Below, one piece after another: positions 63,776-64,000 of a stretch of DNA of 64,000 nucleotides; positions within the stretch are counted from its first letter, which is position 1, and each line of letters opens with the position of its first letter. The stretch comes from a virus, in IMG/VR virus record IMGVR_UViG_3300020202_000065, one strand, 5' to 3'. Position numbers and translations under genes: made by a program. A model generated the notes under the pieces. It saw only the letters and a list, made by a program, of their open reading frames with translations. It searched no databases and was not told the origin of the DNA.

Positions 63776-63999
63776 ACCTTGAATTTCCTTTCCAGCAGTT
63801 CTTCGTCTTCATCGGTCTCGGGCAGAAAGAACTCGACGATTGTCTTTTCATCTCCGATGACCTGATCGCGGTAAATGTCGACCAGCCAATTACAGTGATC
63901 GGTGACACACCAGCCGGCCCACTGGATGGCATCCAGCAGAGGCTTGCATCCGCCAATGTGATTGCCGCGGTCAAACCGTTTCGGCCGCCGGACCGTGAT
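63772..63999 (-). CDS. RusA-like Holliday junction resolvase, C-terminal part (truncated by the window edge)
   Basis: ...RRPKRFDRGNHIGGCKPLLDAIQWAGWCVTD...; TGA overlaps the next ATG. Confidence 0.6.
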   Translation of the reverse strand: MTVRRPKRFDRGNHIGGCKPLLDAIQWAGWCVTDHCNWLVDIYRDQVIGDEKTIVEFFLPETDEDEELLERKFKV

Positions 64000-64000
64000 A

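Noticed and set aside
1246-64000. Stop-codon reassignment
   Set aside because: TAA, TAG and TGA all terminate well-supported genes and coding density is high under code 11

Overview
The window is part of a large tailed dsDNA phage (or prophage) genome read in genetic code 11; it is truncated at both ends and the host cannot be identified from the sequence. Layout: (1) 1-1240, an AT-rich divergent control region with inverted repeats, short direct repeats and GTGATATCAC operator-like palindromes. (2) About 1130-12200 on the + strand, roughly 30 small ORFan 'early' genes interleaved with many structured non-coding elements. These include a ~890-nt densely base-paired RNA-like region behind two boxA-like motifs, two or three tRNA-shaped RNAs lacking a normal anticodon arm, and a five-copy promoter-like motif. 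(3) 12189-37214 on the + strand, DNA-conflict, modification and metabolism genes: polyvalent protein, adenine MTase, SNF2-like helicase, PAPS-reductase-like, trypsin-like protease, radical SAM, DUF1643, Tmk, ThyX, a glycosyltransferase / DUF3431 / methyltransferase / RGP (UDP-arabinose-mutase-like) cluster, C5 MTase, HU, tyrosine recombinase, Mom-like GNAT and DUF5131. (4) 37224-64000 on the - strand, a morphogenesis operon: RusA-like, small terminase, large terminase split into two genes, portal, prohead protease, scaffold, decoration, major capsid, neck, tail tube, fibre, a lysis-like cassette containing a secreted metalloprotease, chaperones with a -1 frameshift, tape measure and tail tip. 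No canonical tRNA, rRNA, CRISPR array, reverse transcriptase, DNA polymerase or recognisable endolysin was seen. All family calls come from motif recognition by eye and all RNA pairings were traced by hand; no searches or folding programs were run.
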